Below, piece after piece: positions 37,376 through 48,138 of a DNA stretch of 64,000 nt. The DNA is from Podarcis muralis (lineage: Eukaryota), in NCBI RefSeq assembly GCF_964188315.1, contig NC_135657.1, positions 66,402,001 to 66,466,000 on the forward strand, written 5' to 3'. Within the stretch, counting starts at the first letter, position 1, and every line of letters begins with the position of its first letter. The position numbers and the translations under genes are program-made. Under the pieces are notes generated by a model. The model was not told the DNA's origin and searched no databases. It worked only from the letters and a program-made list of their open reading frames with translations.

Positions 37376-37731
37376 GGGACGCAGGTGGCGCTGTGGGTAA
37401 AACCTCAGCGCCTAGGACTTGCCGATCGAAAGGTCGGCGGTTCGAATCCCCGTGGCGGGGTGCGCTCCCATTGCTCGGTCCCAGCACCTGCCAACCTAGC
37501 AGTTCGAAAGCACCTTCAGGTGCAAGTAGATAAATAGGGACCGCTTACTAGCGGGAAGGTAAACGGCGTTCCGTGTGCGGCTCTGGCTCGCCAGATGCAG
37601 CTTTGTCACGCTGGCCACGTGACCCGGAAGTGTCTCCGGACAGCGCTGGCCCCCGGCCTCTTAAGTGAGATGGGCGCACAACCCTAGAGTCGGACACGAC
37701 TGGCCCGTACGGGCAGGGGTACCTTTACCTT
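37376..37731 (+). mobile_element. Sauria SINE (lacertid-type)
   Basis: gggacgcaggtggcgctgtggg head, ACCTTT tail, and 14-bp TSD TAACATTTAAAGAC (37362-37375 and 37732-37745). Confidence 0.95.
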
Positions 37732-38035
37732 TAACATTTAAAGACTTGGCAGAATCTTGTTAGGTCAACTTTTTTAAGCCCTCTGTGAGATCCTTCCTGA
37801 CCTAAATGTCGGTGCAATAAACCAGCTAGTTATAGCCTGGATTAAGCTGTGATTTACATTTAAATCCACAAATATTTCAAAACATTGAAGAAAATACAGT
37901 TGTATCGATCCTATGGCACCAAACCATAGGACAAAGCTTTCCAAACTGTGTGTCACAACATATTAGTGTGTCAGCTGCATTGTGTAGGTGTGTCACATAA
38001 ATGCTCCGGCTAGTTTAACCTCCAGTTTGCTAGTA

Positions 38036-38715
38036 CAGTGGTACCTCAGGTTACATATGCTTCAGGTTACATATGCTTCAGGTTACAGACTCCGCTAACC
38101 CAGAAATAGTACCCTGGGTGTCAGGGAACTGACATCGGAGCCAGAGGCGGAGGCAAGGCTCCCAAGCGATGCTGGAGAAGGGCCCAGCAGGAAGAGAGGC
38201 AGCTCATCAGCTGGGGAAGGAAATGAGTGTAACACCAGGGATAAAGGGGGGCAGATGGGAGAATCGGCGAGGGGGCTCCAGGACTCCTTGCCGGAGACCA
38301 GCGGGGAGAGCACAGGTCCTCCGCTACCCACACCCTCTCTGCGCAGAAGACTTCCGGGCAGAGAGAGTAGGAGGAGACTTGGAGTCAAACAGCTTTTATA
38401 CTGGAAAAGGTTTAAGAAACGCCCACTGACGGATTCTGCTAGTGACTGAAACAGCCACGAAGTGAAGGGCTGGCCAGACAGAAAAGGCTTAACCAGGCAC
38501 ACTAGCCAGGAGTGGCGGCAACTTACACACGAGCAACCCCTATAATCATTACACTGGGTTAAGAACTTTGCTTCAGGATGAGAACAGAAATTGCACGGCG
38601 GCACCGCAGCAGCAGCAGCAGCGGGAGGCCCCATTAGCTAAAGTGGTGCTTCAGGTTAGGAACAGTTTCAGGTTAAGAACGGAATGAATTAAGTTCTTAA
38701 CCTGAGGTACCACTG
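38036..38715. mobile_element. Tc1/mariner MITE, family 1 (opposite orientation), interrupted by a solo LTR
   Basis: CAGTGGTACCTC TIRs and TA TSD. Confidence 0.9.
38119..38553. mobile_element. Solo LTR (435 bp; Gypsy- or ERV-type)
   Basis: TG...CA termini (TGTCAGGG...CATTACA), 5-bp TSD CTGGG (38114-38118 and 38554-38558), and TATAAAAG on the minus strand near 38393-38400. Confidence 0.85.
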
Positions 38716-39061
38716 TAAAACTGAATTACTGTGTTGCGAAATGATGCATGTCTAAAAAGTGAGTCACCAACAGGAAAAGTTGGGAAAGCTCTGCCATAGG
38801 ATCTGCACCAAACTTTGCTAATTAAATTATAATACCTTCCAATTTGATTACTTGAGAGGCAAGGCTTGATAACAGGAAACAAATTAACCCCTTAAATCCA
38901 AACCAACCTCCTATAGGATGCTTATTCGTTTTTGAAACAGCCTGATTCCTGCACATGTGGTAATACTTGGTATATTTATCATCTTCTCAAGAGGACAGAA
39001 AGCCCTTTCAAGCGATCTTAATGAGTTTACACCCTAGTCCAGTTATCTAGATTTGATGGTA

Positions 39062-39626
39062 CAGTGGTACCTTAAGAACTTAATTTGTTCTGGAGGTCTG
39101 TTCTTAACATAGCTGTCAACCGTCTCTTATTTGGCGGGAGACTCCCTTATCCCAGCGCCGTTTCCCGCTGCTGTCCCGGATTGATGATATCCCATAAATT
39201 TCCCGGGTTTTAAAGGAAGCAGCTCCTCTCCCTCCCTCCCTGCCGGCCAGCGGAGAGGTGACAGTGGTTTTCCTTGCTGCATCCCCTTTGCCGGGTTGCT
39301 GCGCTGTGGGAACCACCGCTTGAGGCTTTGTTTGGCTGCTGGTTGACTAAAATCCCTTATTTTGGCTGCTGATCCCTTATTTTTGAGGCTGCTGGTCCCT
39401 TATTTTCAAATCTGTAAGTTGACAGCTATGGTTCTTAACCTGGAACTGTTCTTAACCTGAGGTACTTTAGCTAATGGGGCCTCCCGCTGCCACCGCGCCG
39501 CTGGAGCACGATTTCTGTTCTCATCCTGAAGCAAAGTTCTTAACCCGAGGTACTATTTCTGGGTTAGAGGAGTCTGTAACCTGAAGTGTCTGTAACCTGA
39601 AGCATCTGTAACCCGAGGTATCACTG
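39062..39626. mobile_element. Tc1/mariner MITE, family 1, interrupted by a hAT element
   Basis: CAGTGGTACC / TATCACTG ends and TA TSD. Confidence 0.85.
39108..39430. mobile_element. hAT MITE (323 bp)
   Basis: Perfect 13-bp TIR CATAGCTGTCAAC and perfect 8-bp TSD GTTCTTAA (39100-39107 and 39431-39438). Confidence 0.93.
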
Positions 39627-41099
39627 TATGAGGAACTATATCTTCTCAAAATAGCTTGTCAGCACTCATAATTTTTAATTAAAGGTCAAAATGAGACCCA
39701 GCAATACATTAAAAATTAAAAAGCAGTAGTTTGCATATTTTAACTTACTGCATAAAAAGCAGGTGCTGTAATTCAGTTGTAAATAAAGTCCTCTTCAAGC
39801 ATTCAGTCAGTGAAGAGGGCAGCAGGGTCACATATGCAAGCCTGGCCTCTAACATCCTTCTCCCACAGAAACCTTCATCGGAAAGTGCTTAGAAGCCTCC
39901 TTCAGAGTATGGTGAGGCTGAATCAGTGCCGTTTGGTGCTGCTACTCCGGAGCAGGTGCAAATGGACTGGTGATGCAGTAACACATATCTCAAAAATCAG
40001 TGTGGCTTATAACAGCACAGAACACAGTGTATGTCAGGGTGAAAGCACCTTGCATACAAGTAAGCTGCAATGCAATGTGAACTGCAGGGGCTGGTTGCAC
40101 AAGCTCTTCCAGACATAGCCTTATCTTTGGAAACTTCACCAACACCTTCCAGATAAACTGAGATGACTGTTCAGCTACTAAATTGTGACATTTTAAAGAT
40201 TTGCCCAAAGTTGTTCAGCTTTAAAAAAAGAAGTTTTTGGGTTGCCATACACCCAGATTTTCTTTCCTGATCCAAGTCCAACACTTTATCCGTTACTATA
40301 CCACACTTGATCTTTTGTCTGCAAAAGGCTGCCAACAGTATTTAAAAATGCACATTTGCTATGTCTGAGAGTTAAAACCCACTGCATTCAATAAGGCTTA
40401 CTTTCATGAGGATTGCAGCCTAAAACACTGTAATCCTGTGACTTCAATAATCCTGGCTGCAATCCAATGCACGCTTACTTAGAAGGTACCTTGAACTTAA
40501 TGGGGCTTGCATAGGAATATGGTGTTAACAGAGATGTAGGTCACTGAAAAATTCATATATTTAGCATTATAGCTATATTTAGCATAGCATTATGTATCCC
40601 ATTAAGTCGCTGCACAAAATTTAAGTCTCTCTCTAATACCACTTGGGTTTACTCAGGAAAGCATCCCAGATTATCCAAACTGCTTTACTGTGCAATGAGT
40701 TTTCTCACTCTTGCCTACAAATGTTCATGTTAAAAAGCTATATGATATCGTGTCAGACCACATGTGCCTGAAGGCAGAGGGCTTCCCCTGAAAAATCCTG
40801 GGAAGCGAGGAAGTCACTTAACAAAGTTATTAAGTGTAATTTTCAAAAAGGCTATGATTTATGTTTGTTTGTCTTATGTGTTTGTTTGTTTATAATATTG
40901 TGAAAACTAATAAAAAAAATTGGAAAAAAAGAAAAAAATCCTGGGAAGTGTAGCTCGGTAAACTACACATGCAAGGTGTTTGGTGCCCCCCAGGACCGAA
41001 TTGAAGGCCGCCAAAGAAACAGTGGGTTGAACGCAAACTTGGGGTGGAATGACTTCATTCCTCCCATTGGTTTCAGCGAGAACAAGCGCGCGTCTGAAG

Positions 41100-41517
41100 A
41101 TAGCGCCAAGGAAGAGAGGGAGGACATGGCGATGGGGGCAACCGCGAGGCCGGGTGCGGAACAAGCCAGCGTCAGGGTCCCCGCGCGGGCGGGCGGGCGG
41201 GGTTGGGCGGAGGGCGCCGGCGGGCCGAGGCAGCTGCGGCCCAGGCCCTCCCTTGCCGGGCATTGTGACGCGCGCGGGCGCCGACTGTGCTGCTGCGCAG
41301 CCGGGGGCGGCGTGCGCCAGGGCCCGAGGCCACATCGGCCATGAGGCGGCACCAGCAGCGGCGTCGGCCGCGGCGCGGGTCGGGCCAGTACCTCGGGGCG
41401 GAGCCCGGGTGGCGCGTCTCCCCGAGCGACCGAGGCGCGCCCAGCGCCAGCAAGGGCCGCAAAAAGGCGCCCGCCACGTCGTGCTGCAGCTTGTCGGGCG
41501 CCGAGACCCCGCGCAGG
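41100..41517 (+). promoter_or_regulatory. CpG-island promoter/5' leader of the CCDC185-like gene
   Basis: Overlapping GGGCGG boxes at 41187-41210 and CRE half-sites CGTCA (41170) and TGACG (41266). CpG-rich sequence continues into the CDS. Confidence 0.65.
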
Positions 41518-43425
41518 ATGGCGCGGCGACGCAGCAGCCCCGGCCGCTTCTCCCCGCCGCGGCCCTTCCCGGACGCCTACAGCTCGGAGCCCGAGGTGGC
41601 GGGCGGCGAGGGCGGCCTGCGGCGACACCTCCTGGCGCAAGCGTACCGCGACGAGGGAGGCCTGCTGCTGCCCCCGCCGCGCAAGGGCAAGGGCTGCTCG
41701 ACGGCGCCGCGCGGCAAGCGGCCCGCCGCGTCTGCCTCTTGCGCGTCCCCTCTGCGCCTGTCCGCTTGGCAGCAGCAACACCTGGCCCCGGCGGGCGAAG
41801 GCTGCGCCACGCCGTGCACCACCTCGTGCACCACGCTCTACGGCGGGGACTTCCCGGGGCACCCCGATCTCCCCGCGCGCTCCCCGGTGGGCAGGTGCAC
41901 CCGCGTGGAGGAGCTGCTCCGCGACGACCAGTGGGCCAGCCCGGTGCCTCGACCCTTGGAGTATGGCACGGATCTCCCCACCGACGCCAGCAAGCCGCCC
42001 TCCATCTGCCCCTCTTCCTTCTCCTTCGCCCAGTTCGACAGCAAGGCCTCCCCTCGCCTGGAGAAGGAGCCCCCCCGGAGAGACTGGCAGGAGCCCTGTG
42101 ACAGCAGCCACAGCCTGGCAGACCTCATGCACAGTTTGGCCAGGCCCTATGAGGACGAGGAGCCTCAGGCCTACCTGCCCCGCGACCCCAGCGCCCACCT
42201 GCACCAGCGTCTCCTGGGCCGCAAGCCCCGCCGCAAGCCCCGCAAGGGAGACCCGCAGGTCAGCCTGCAGGACCTGACGGACAAAAGGTACGAGGACCTG
42301 ATCCCCGCAAGGGACAAGAAGATCGCGGCCCTCATGCTCGCCAGGCACCAGGAGGAGGAAGAGATGAAGGACCGCCAGCTGCAGGTTTCCGACGCCTGGG
42401 ATAAGATGAGGAGGAAGGAGAAGCAGCACAAAGCCCGGGCGGAGAAGGAGAGGCAGTACCAGTTGGTCGACAGCCTGGACCAGTGGCAGAGGGACCGCGA
42501 TCAACGGAAAGCCAAGCTCAGGCTAGAGGAGCAGCAGCTGTTGGCAGCCCGGGAGAGGGATGTGATGCTTCGGGACAAGAAGTGGAAGAAGCTGGCCAAA
42601 GAGCAGGATTGCAGGCGGAGGGAGAAGCTGGAGAATGCTCGGCTTCAGGCCGAGTATCGGAAACGGTGCCAGGAAAAGCAGCTCTGGGACAAAAGGTTAA
42701 GCGACAGGCGTACCAAAGAGCAGAACTCCGCTTTGTACAAGGAAAGGATGCTGCAGGCCCTGGAGAAGAGGCTGATCAAGGATATGGAAAGGAAGAGGAG
42801 GAAAATAGATATGAATGACTACAAGACCAAGCACATGAGCGCTAAGGACCAGGTGGAAGATCGGGTCAAAGCCGACGAGCTGTACAAGAGGCTGTGTATC
42901 GAACAAAAGCTTCAGAGGTCCCAGGAAATCCTGGAGCAGCTGCTTGAAGAAAGGAACAGGGAACTGAAGGAGAAGACTTTAAAGGAAGAAGAGCAGGGCT
43001 TGATAGCCAAGGTAAGAGCCAAAGAGACGGAGGAAGAGAAGAGGAGGCGCAAGGAGATGTTGCTGCAGATAGCCGAGATGAAGATCCAGCAGGCCAGAGA
43101 AATCATGTCCAAAAATATCCGAGACAGATCGCAGCGCGTGAGAGAGCTGAACTGTATGAAAGAACGGAACCACCATTTTCGCAAACAGAAGCTTGATTAT
43201 GACGAAAAATGTCACCTACAGGAAATGCAAGAAGCTTTAAGAAGGAAAGCTCAGAAAAGCAATCAGATTCTAAGGCACAAGGACGCAGCTATCGACGAGT
43301 CTAGGAGAATAGCCAAAGCATCTTATGACCTTAGAGAAAAAGTGAGAGACCTGATAAATCGCAATTCATTTGACCAGATGGCTTTAGATGCGCAACGTAA
43401 TGCAAGCCTCCTTAGAGGCCTGTAA
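41518..43425 (+). CDS. CCDC185: Intronless coiled-coil protein of the CCDC177/CCDC185 family, closest to CCDC185 (635 aa from ATG 41518; 694 aa if ATG 41341 is used)
   Basis: Uninterrupted ORF with an R/K/E/Q coiled-coil C-half. Motifs recalled from human CCDC185 align: ENARLQAEYRKRCQ ~ EKARAQAEHRKQCQ; RELNCMKERNHH ~ RELNHLREKNHH; EKCHLQEMQEAL ~ EKCHIEGIKEAI. DKKIAALMLARHQEEEE is CCDC177-like. ATG 41518 has a strong Kozak context (aggATGg). Confidence 0.82.
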   Translation: MARRRSSPGRFSPPRPFPDAYSSEPEVAGGEGGLRRHLLAQAYRDEGGLLLPPPRKGKGCSTAPRGKRPAASASCASPLRLSAWQQQHLAPAGEGCATPCTTSCTTLYGGDFPGHPDLPARSPVGRCTRVEELLRDDQWASPVPRPLEYGTDLPTDASKPPSICPSSFSFAQFDSKASPRLEKEPPRRDWQEPCDSSHSLADLMHSLARPYEDEEPQAYLPRDPSAHLHQRLLGRKPRRKPRKGDPQVSLQDLTDKRYEDLIPARDKKIAALMLARHQEEEEMKDRQLQVSDAWDKMRRKEKQHKARAEKERQYQLVDSLDQWQRDRDQRKAKLRLEEQQLLAARERDVMLRDKKWKKLAKEQDCRRREKLENARLQAEYRKRCQEKQLWDKRLSDRRTKEQNSALYKERMLQALEKRLIKDMERKRRKIDMNDYKTKHMSAKDQVEDRVKADELYKRLCIEQKLQRSQEILEQLLEERNRELKEKTLKEEEQGLIAKVRAKETEEEKRRRKEMLLQIAEMKIQQAREIMSKNIRDRSQRVRELNCMKERNHHFRKQKLDYDEKCHLQEMQEALRRKAQKSNQILRHKDAAIDESRRIAKASYDLREKVRDLINRNSFDQMALDAQRNASLLRGL

Positions 43426-44150
43426 TGAAGTTTAAGGAAACATTCCAGACTGTGTTGTGTCAAAAAAAGATGGTTGTAATGCGTTCGCTCTGCATTGCTG
43501 TACACTAAAGTGATTTGAGCCTTAATTACTGTTTGACTCATAAGTGTTTGGTTTACAAACATTTACTGTTTATACTAAAAATCTATCACTTGCATTTGTG
43601 ATTTGATCGTGAAGAGAAAGAATTGAACTTTGGCCCTGTGCTACTCTTTATGGGATGTGGCCTTGGCTTAATGCTAGGCACTTTGAACTGAGTATTCTTG
43701 TAACAAATTATGATTTTGTAAAATTCTATTTTACAATGAATATCTGAAGTGTTCACAAATTATGGAGTTTACACAGTTTGTGAATGGTTCATGACACATA
43801 CTTCATTTCAAAGTATGTAGCAGTTCATCATACATCAAGAATAGAATCATATTTCAAGATACTCCAATAATTTATTATCTAAAGAAATACTATTTTTATA
43901 GCTAAATAACCTAAGCAGTTGCCTGCAATCTGCATAGTCAACCATTTACACTAGTCCAATTTATTTCGGCTGAGGACATGTCCTTATCACTGTGCACGCA
44001 CAATCACCGTAGTTTGGCAAACATAATGAATATATTGTTTTAGCATATGGCTATGATGGCTCTGTCAGGTTTGTAATGTAGTGAATTAGAAACTTTTTTA
44101 TGAAGGAAACTGCAGGAACAAACCATGTATAATTTATAAAGTATTCTTAA

Positions 44151-44156
44151 AATAAA
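44151..44156 (+). terminator. Candidate polyadenylation signal of the CCDC185-like gene
   Basis: First AATAAA noticed downstream of the stop codon, after an AU-rich 3' UTR. Confidence 0.5.
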
Positions 44157-45532
44157 GTTTGATCAGTATATTTCCATATTTTGAAAAGTAGGAATTGTAT
44201 TACTTTATGATCAATAACAGTGACTAAGTTGGGAATGTGGAGACAATTCTACTGTCATATCCAACTCTGGGCTTGAATTTGCAAGGCAGAAGTGAGAGCG
44301 AGGGGAATACCCTACATTTCTATATACATTTTTCTGCTTTAAAAAAAACCCCTCCTCTCTCCCATTGAAAGCAGTGGGGGGGGGGATTTAGTCATGCACA
44401 AGAGTATAACTAAATAGCTACCTGGAAACCAGGAGGATTTGGAAACTTAGACCAACCTGCTTCCCAAATCATTCCCCTTTGATCTCCTCCAACCTGGAGC
44501 TCTGATGTTGGTTGGGGCACTATTGCGGAGGAGGGACGTTCTGATACCAGATTTCTCTGTCTTAACATCAGAGTTATATATGTGACCTATCCTGTGTCCT
44601 CTAGGATTACCTTCCAGGAAACTCTCATTACATCATTCATATTCTGGGTTGATCTGTGATCTGAAACAGATAATAAACAATTAGAAGTATGGTGAATTAA
44701 TTACCCATCTTAATGTAATTCAAAATTTAATAAGCATGTGTGTTATTTAATAGGTTGGTTGGAGAGAATAAAATGACAGAACTTGAGGAACAATAACTTC
44801 ACTTCTATTGCCACAAATGCCCAAAACATTCAAGATTCACACATCTGATACTTGACTGAAACGGGGTCAGAGCACTTGGAGCCCAAGGTTTGGACTTGTA
44901 ACCAGACGGTACAACAAACAGGACCACCTGGCTTCCTTTCCTCCTCCATAGAAGTTCTAAAACTGGCCTAGATGCAGACCAAGTGAACCCCACTACCATC
45001 ACATGACACAATCTTGCCCCAATCACTTTTGTCTCCTCCACCCTGGCTGACGTGAATGGCAGGACTGTGGATATGACCCTGGCCCTGCCAGCAGCTGACC
45101 AAAGTTTGGATTTCACAGTATATACCTAAGACACTCTGGAAAGTATAAGAACTGGTGTATCACTGAAATAAATGTTCTCCACTTGGGTGCTGCAATCTTA
45201 CTGCCACCACATTTTAATCTTAGAAAAGTTGCTATGCTTATATTTGGATATAGGAAAGGCTACTTTTTGCATAACACATAGCTCACAATATTTCTTTTGA
45301 GGGGAGTAGATGCTTCTTTCCAGAAAATTAAGATTCCTCACCAGAATGTAGCACTTCTAAAATGGACCAGAGGAGGGCACTAAAGAGTTGCACAATGATT
45401 TCTCATATGGAAAGAGCTGTTAAAATAGATTTTGGAGCTGAAATCATTTTATTGGCCTTATCATGTATACATGACAAGTGCAAACCTCTCATTCAGAAGC
45501 AAGTCGCAACTCATTTAATGGGGCATACTCTA

Positions 45533-45665
45533 AAGCAGTGCTTTTTTCTGGGGGGACACACGGGTACGCATACCCCTAAACATTTTGTGAATCTAAGTTT
45601 GGCCTCATTGAGGGGCAGTATTTCAATATGAGTAGGAAAATGAGAGTACCCCTAAACATTTTTGG
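45533..45665. mobile_element. Truncated hAT-like MITE
   Basis: Starts CAGTGCTTTTTTCT with an internal repeated tacccctaaacatttt; right TIR not recognisable. Confidence 0.45.
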
Positions 45666-45940
45666 GGGGAGAGGAAGTACTACTATAAAGTATCCTTATG
45701 GGCCCAGTCCAATCAAGGTAAATTTGAAAATCCCATTGATCCTAATTGAAGAGTTAAGCAAATGTTTGACTGTTATCTGTTGGAATTAATGGGAAGTCTC
45801 TTGTATATTTGTTAAATTTGTATCTTGCCTTTCCACCAGATGGTGCTCATTTAACTGCTCAGATTATGCCCTGTCTGCTGTAAATGCTGGATCCATTGTT
45901 CTCTATCAGCTACTATAGCCTTCCCCTGCATATCGAGGGA

Positions 45941-45982
<42 letters not shown>
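45941..45982. repeat. (GTCT)n microsatellite
   Basis: Direct reading. Confidence 0.95.
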
Positions 45983-45983
<1 letters not shown>

Positions 45984-46424
45984 ATTAAAGGCCAGTTAAC
46001 AGTTACTAGACCTCCAATAACCTATTAGAGGCAGAGAGAGAGGATATTCTGTTTGTGTCACAGAGTACTTTTAGAGGTCACTTGCTCATTTCTGCTTTTA
46101 AATGGTTCCTGCTATCAACTGTCATTACATCAGATTTGACCTGAAATAAAGTTACAAGAGGTGAAATGTGCAGGCATCTCATCTCTTCAAGAACTTCCCC
46201 AGCAATTTCAAGAATCTATATGAAATCTCTTGAGTGAAATTGGGGGCACAGGGACTGTTGTCATCTGTCTGCTGATGATAGTGCTTTTTTCATCATCTGT
46301 TTATCTAAGGGCAATGGTATTGGCTGTGAACTTGCATCTCTACACTATAATGAATGGGTGGTGGTGATGGGTGGGCTGTTTGATGTATGGAAGATGGGAT
46401 TGGCTGTTATAGATTGGGATGAGG

Positions 46425-46560
46425 GAAAGCCACACTCCCTCAGAGCTTGTGTTTGCCACAGTCCTCGCTTGAGTTGACTACTGTAATGCGCACTATGTGA
46501 GACGCCCCTTGAACACTGTCCAGAAGCTTCAGTTGATCCTGCACCAGGTTGCTTGCCTTG
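46425..46560 (+). mobile_element. Decayed L2-type LINE fragment
   Basis: Remnant of ...DYCNA.Y...PLxTVQKLQL (gactactgtaatgc...actgtccagaagcttcagttg). Confidence 0.65.
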
Positions 46561-46637
46561 CCAATATTATATACTCAGAGAGTATATAATAGTGGTCTCC
46601 CAGTGCCAAAGTAGATATCTTAAATATGGGCATGTGG

Positions 46638-46704
<67 letters not shown>

Positions 46705-46787
46705 CTTTCGTAGATTTTCACGGGTACAGGAATGCAGGTTTTGGTGTCCTCGGGTATCTTCCCGTGTAAAAGTTGGGGTGTCTAGGC

Positions 46788-46821
46788 GACGTTTCGACGA
46801 GGTCTCACTCGTCATCTTCAG
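46788..46821 (-). ncRNA. Minimal type I hammerhead ribozyme motif (B1)
   Basis: Intact 34-nt core on the minus strand. Confidence 0.75.
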
Positions 46822-47395
46822 GCTGGTGCTTTCGGCTTCTTGTTACTGGAACAGAGCAGGATCTCAGTGTTTGAGTTCCTATAAATACTGTAGAGGAGGT
46901 ATGGTGTATAGCCTCCAATGTTCTGGGCAGAGAGGAAGTTCCCAGGCTAGTGTGCCTTTTCTTCTTTTGTTCCTTAATTGCTTGAGGGATATCTTGAGTG
47001 ATTTCTTGAGTGATATCCTGAGTACCACTTAGGTGGGTCATTAGGTGTGGATTAGTTGCTAAAGCCTTTGTGTCTTGACCTCTTGAACTTTGTGAAGAGT
47101 TTTTCTGAGAAGATGGGTGTACTACATTTAGTTGTGCTCTGGCTTGGCTTCGTGTATAGGGGCGAGCTGTGGTTTTGTGGCCTGTGCCAGCCAGATCTGT
47201 GTAGGGATTGCAGGGGGGTGCAGCATCCGGAGGTGCCACCATGGTTTGGCTACTGGATGGTGTCTGTAATTTATCTGTGGAGAGGGTCTGGGTTTGGGTC
47301 TGGTGTGGTTGATTGGTGATGGCGTTCTGTGTGCCTCTGGATCTGGTGTCAGTTTTTGTGGGGAGGGCTAATTTCCAGATGTCTGGCAAGCGGGA

Positions 47396-48121
47396 CACGA
47401 AACAGGACACGAAATTAATTTTGCAGATTCCAAATTGCTCTCTAACATGGAACATCACCACAAGAGAATAATCATGGAAGCCATCGAGATAGAGAAACAC
47501 CCTCACAACATGAACAAGCGTGACGACACATCCCGCTTGCCAGACATCTGGAAATTAGCCCTCCCCACAAAAACTGACACCAGATCCAGAGGCACACAGA
47601 ACGCCATCACCAATCAACCACACCAGACCCAAACCCAGACCCTCTCCACAGATAAATTACAGACACCATCCAGTAGCCAAACCATGGTGGCACCTCCGGA
47701 TGCTGCACCCCCCTGCAATCCCTACACAGATCTGGCTGGCACAGGCCACAAAACCACAGCTCGCCCCTATACACGAAGCCAAGCCAGAGCACAACTAAAT
47801 GTAGTACACCCATCTTCTCAGAAAAACTCTTCACAAAGTTCAAGAGGTCAAGACACAAAGGCTTTAGCAACTAATCCACACCTAATGACCCACCTAAGTG
47901 GTACTCAGGATATCACTCAAGAAATCACTCAAGATATCCCTCAAGCAATTAAGGAACAAAAGAAGAAAAGGCACACTAGCCTGGGAACTTCCTCTCTGCC
48001 CAGAACATTGGAGGCTATACACCATACCTCCTCTACAGTATTTATAGGAACTCAAACACTGAGATCCTGCTCTGTTCCAGTAACAAGAAGCCGAAAGCAC
48101 CAGCCTGAAGATGACGAGTGA
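47396..48121 (+). pseudogene. 5'-truncated Penelope ORF: GIY-YIG endonuclease C-terminus plus a low-complexity tail
   Basis: ETGHEINFADSKLLSNMEHHHKRIIMEAIEIEKHPHNMNKRDDTSRLPDIWK fits the PLE pattern H...GH.I.F.....L......KR...EAIEI......N.......L...W. Confidence 0.82.
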
Positions 48122-48138
48122 GACCTCGTCGAAACGTC
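48105..48138 (+). ncRNA. Minimal type I hammerhead ribozyme motif (B2)
   Basis: Intact 34-nt core. Confidence 0.75.

Larger units (their letters stand above)
37932..38793. mobile_element. hAT MITE (outer element of the nested stack)
   Basis: TIR CAAAGCTTTCCAAACT / AGTTGGGAAAGCTCTG and perfect 8-bp TSD CCATAGGA (37924-37931 and 38794-38801). Confidence 0.88.

Noticed and set aside
40963-42504. 513-aa minus-strand ORF, plus overlapping 350-aa and 122-aa plus-strand ORFs
   Set aside because: Shadow frames of the GC-rich CCDC185-like CDS and CpG island; low-complexity, with no recognisable domain.
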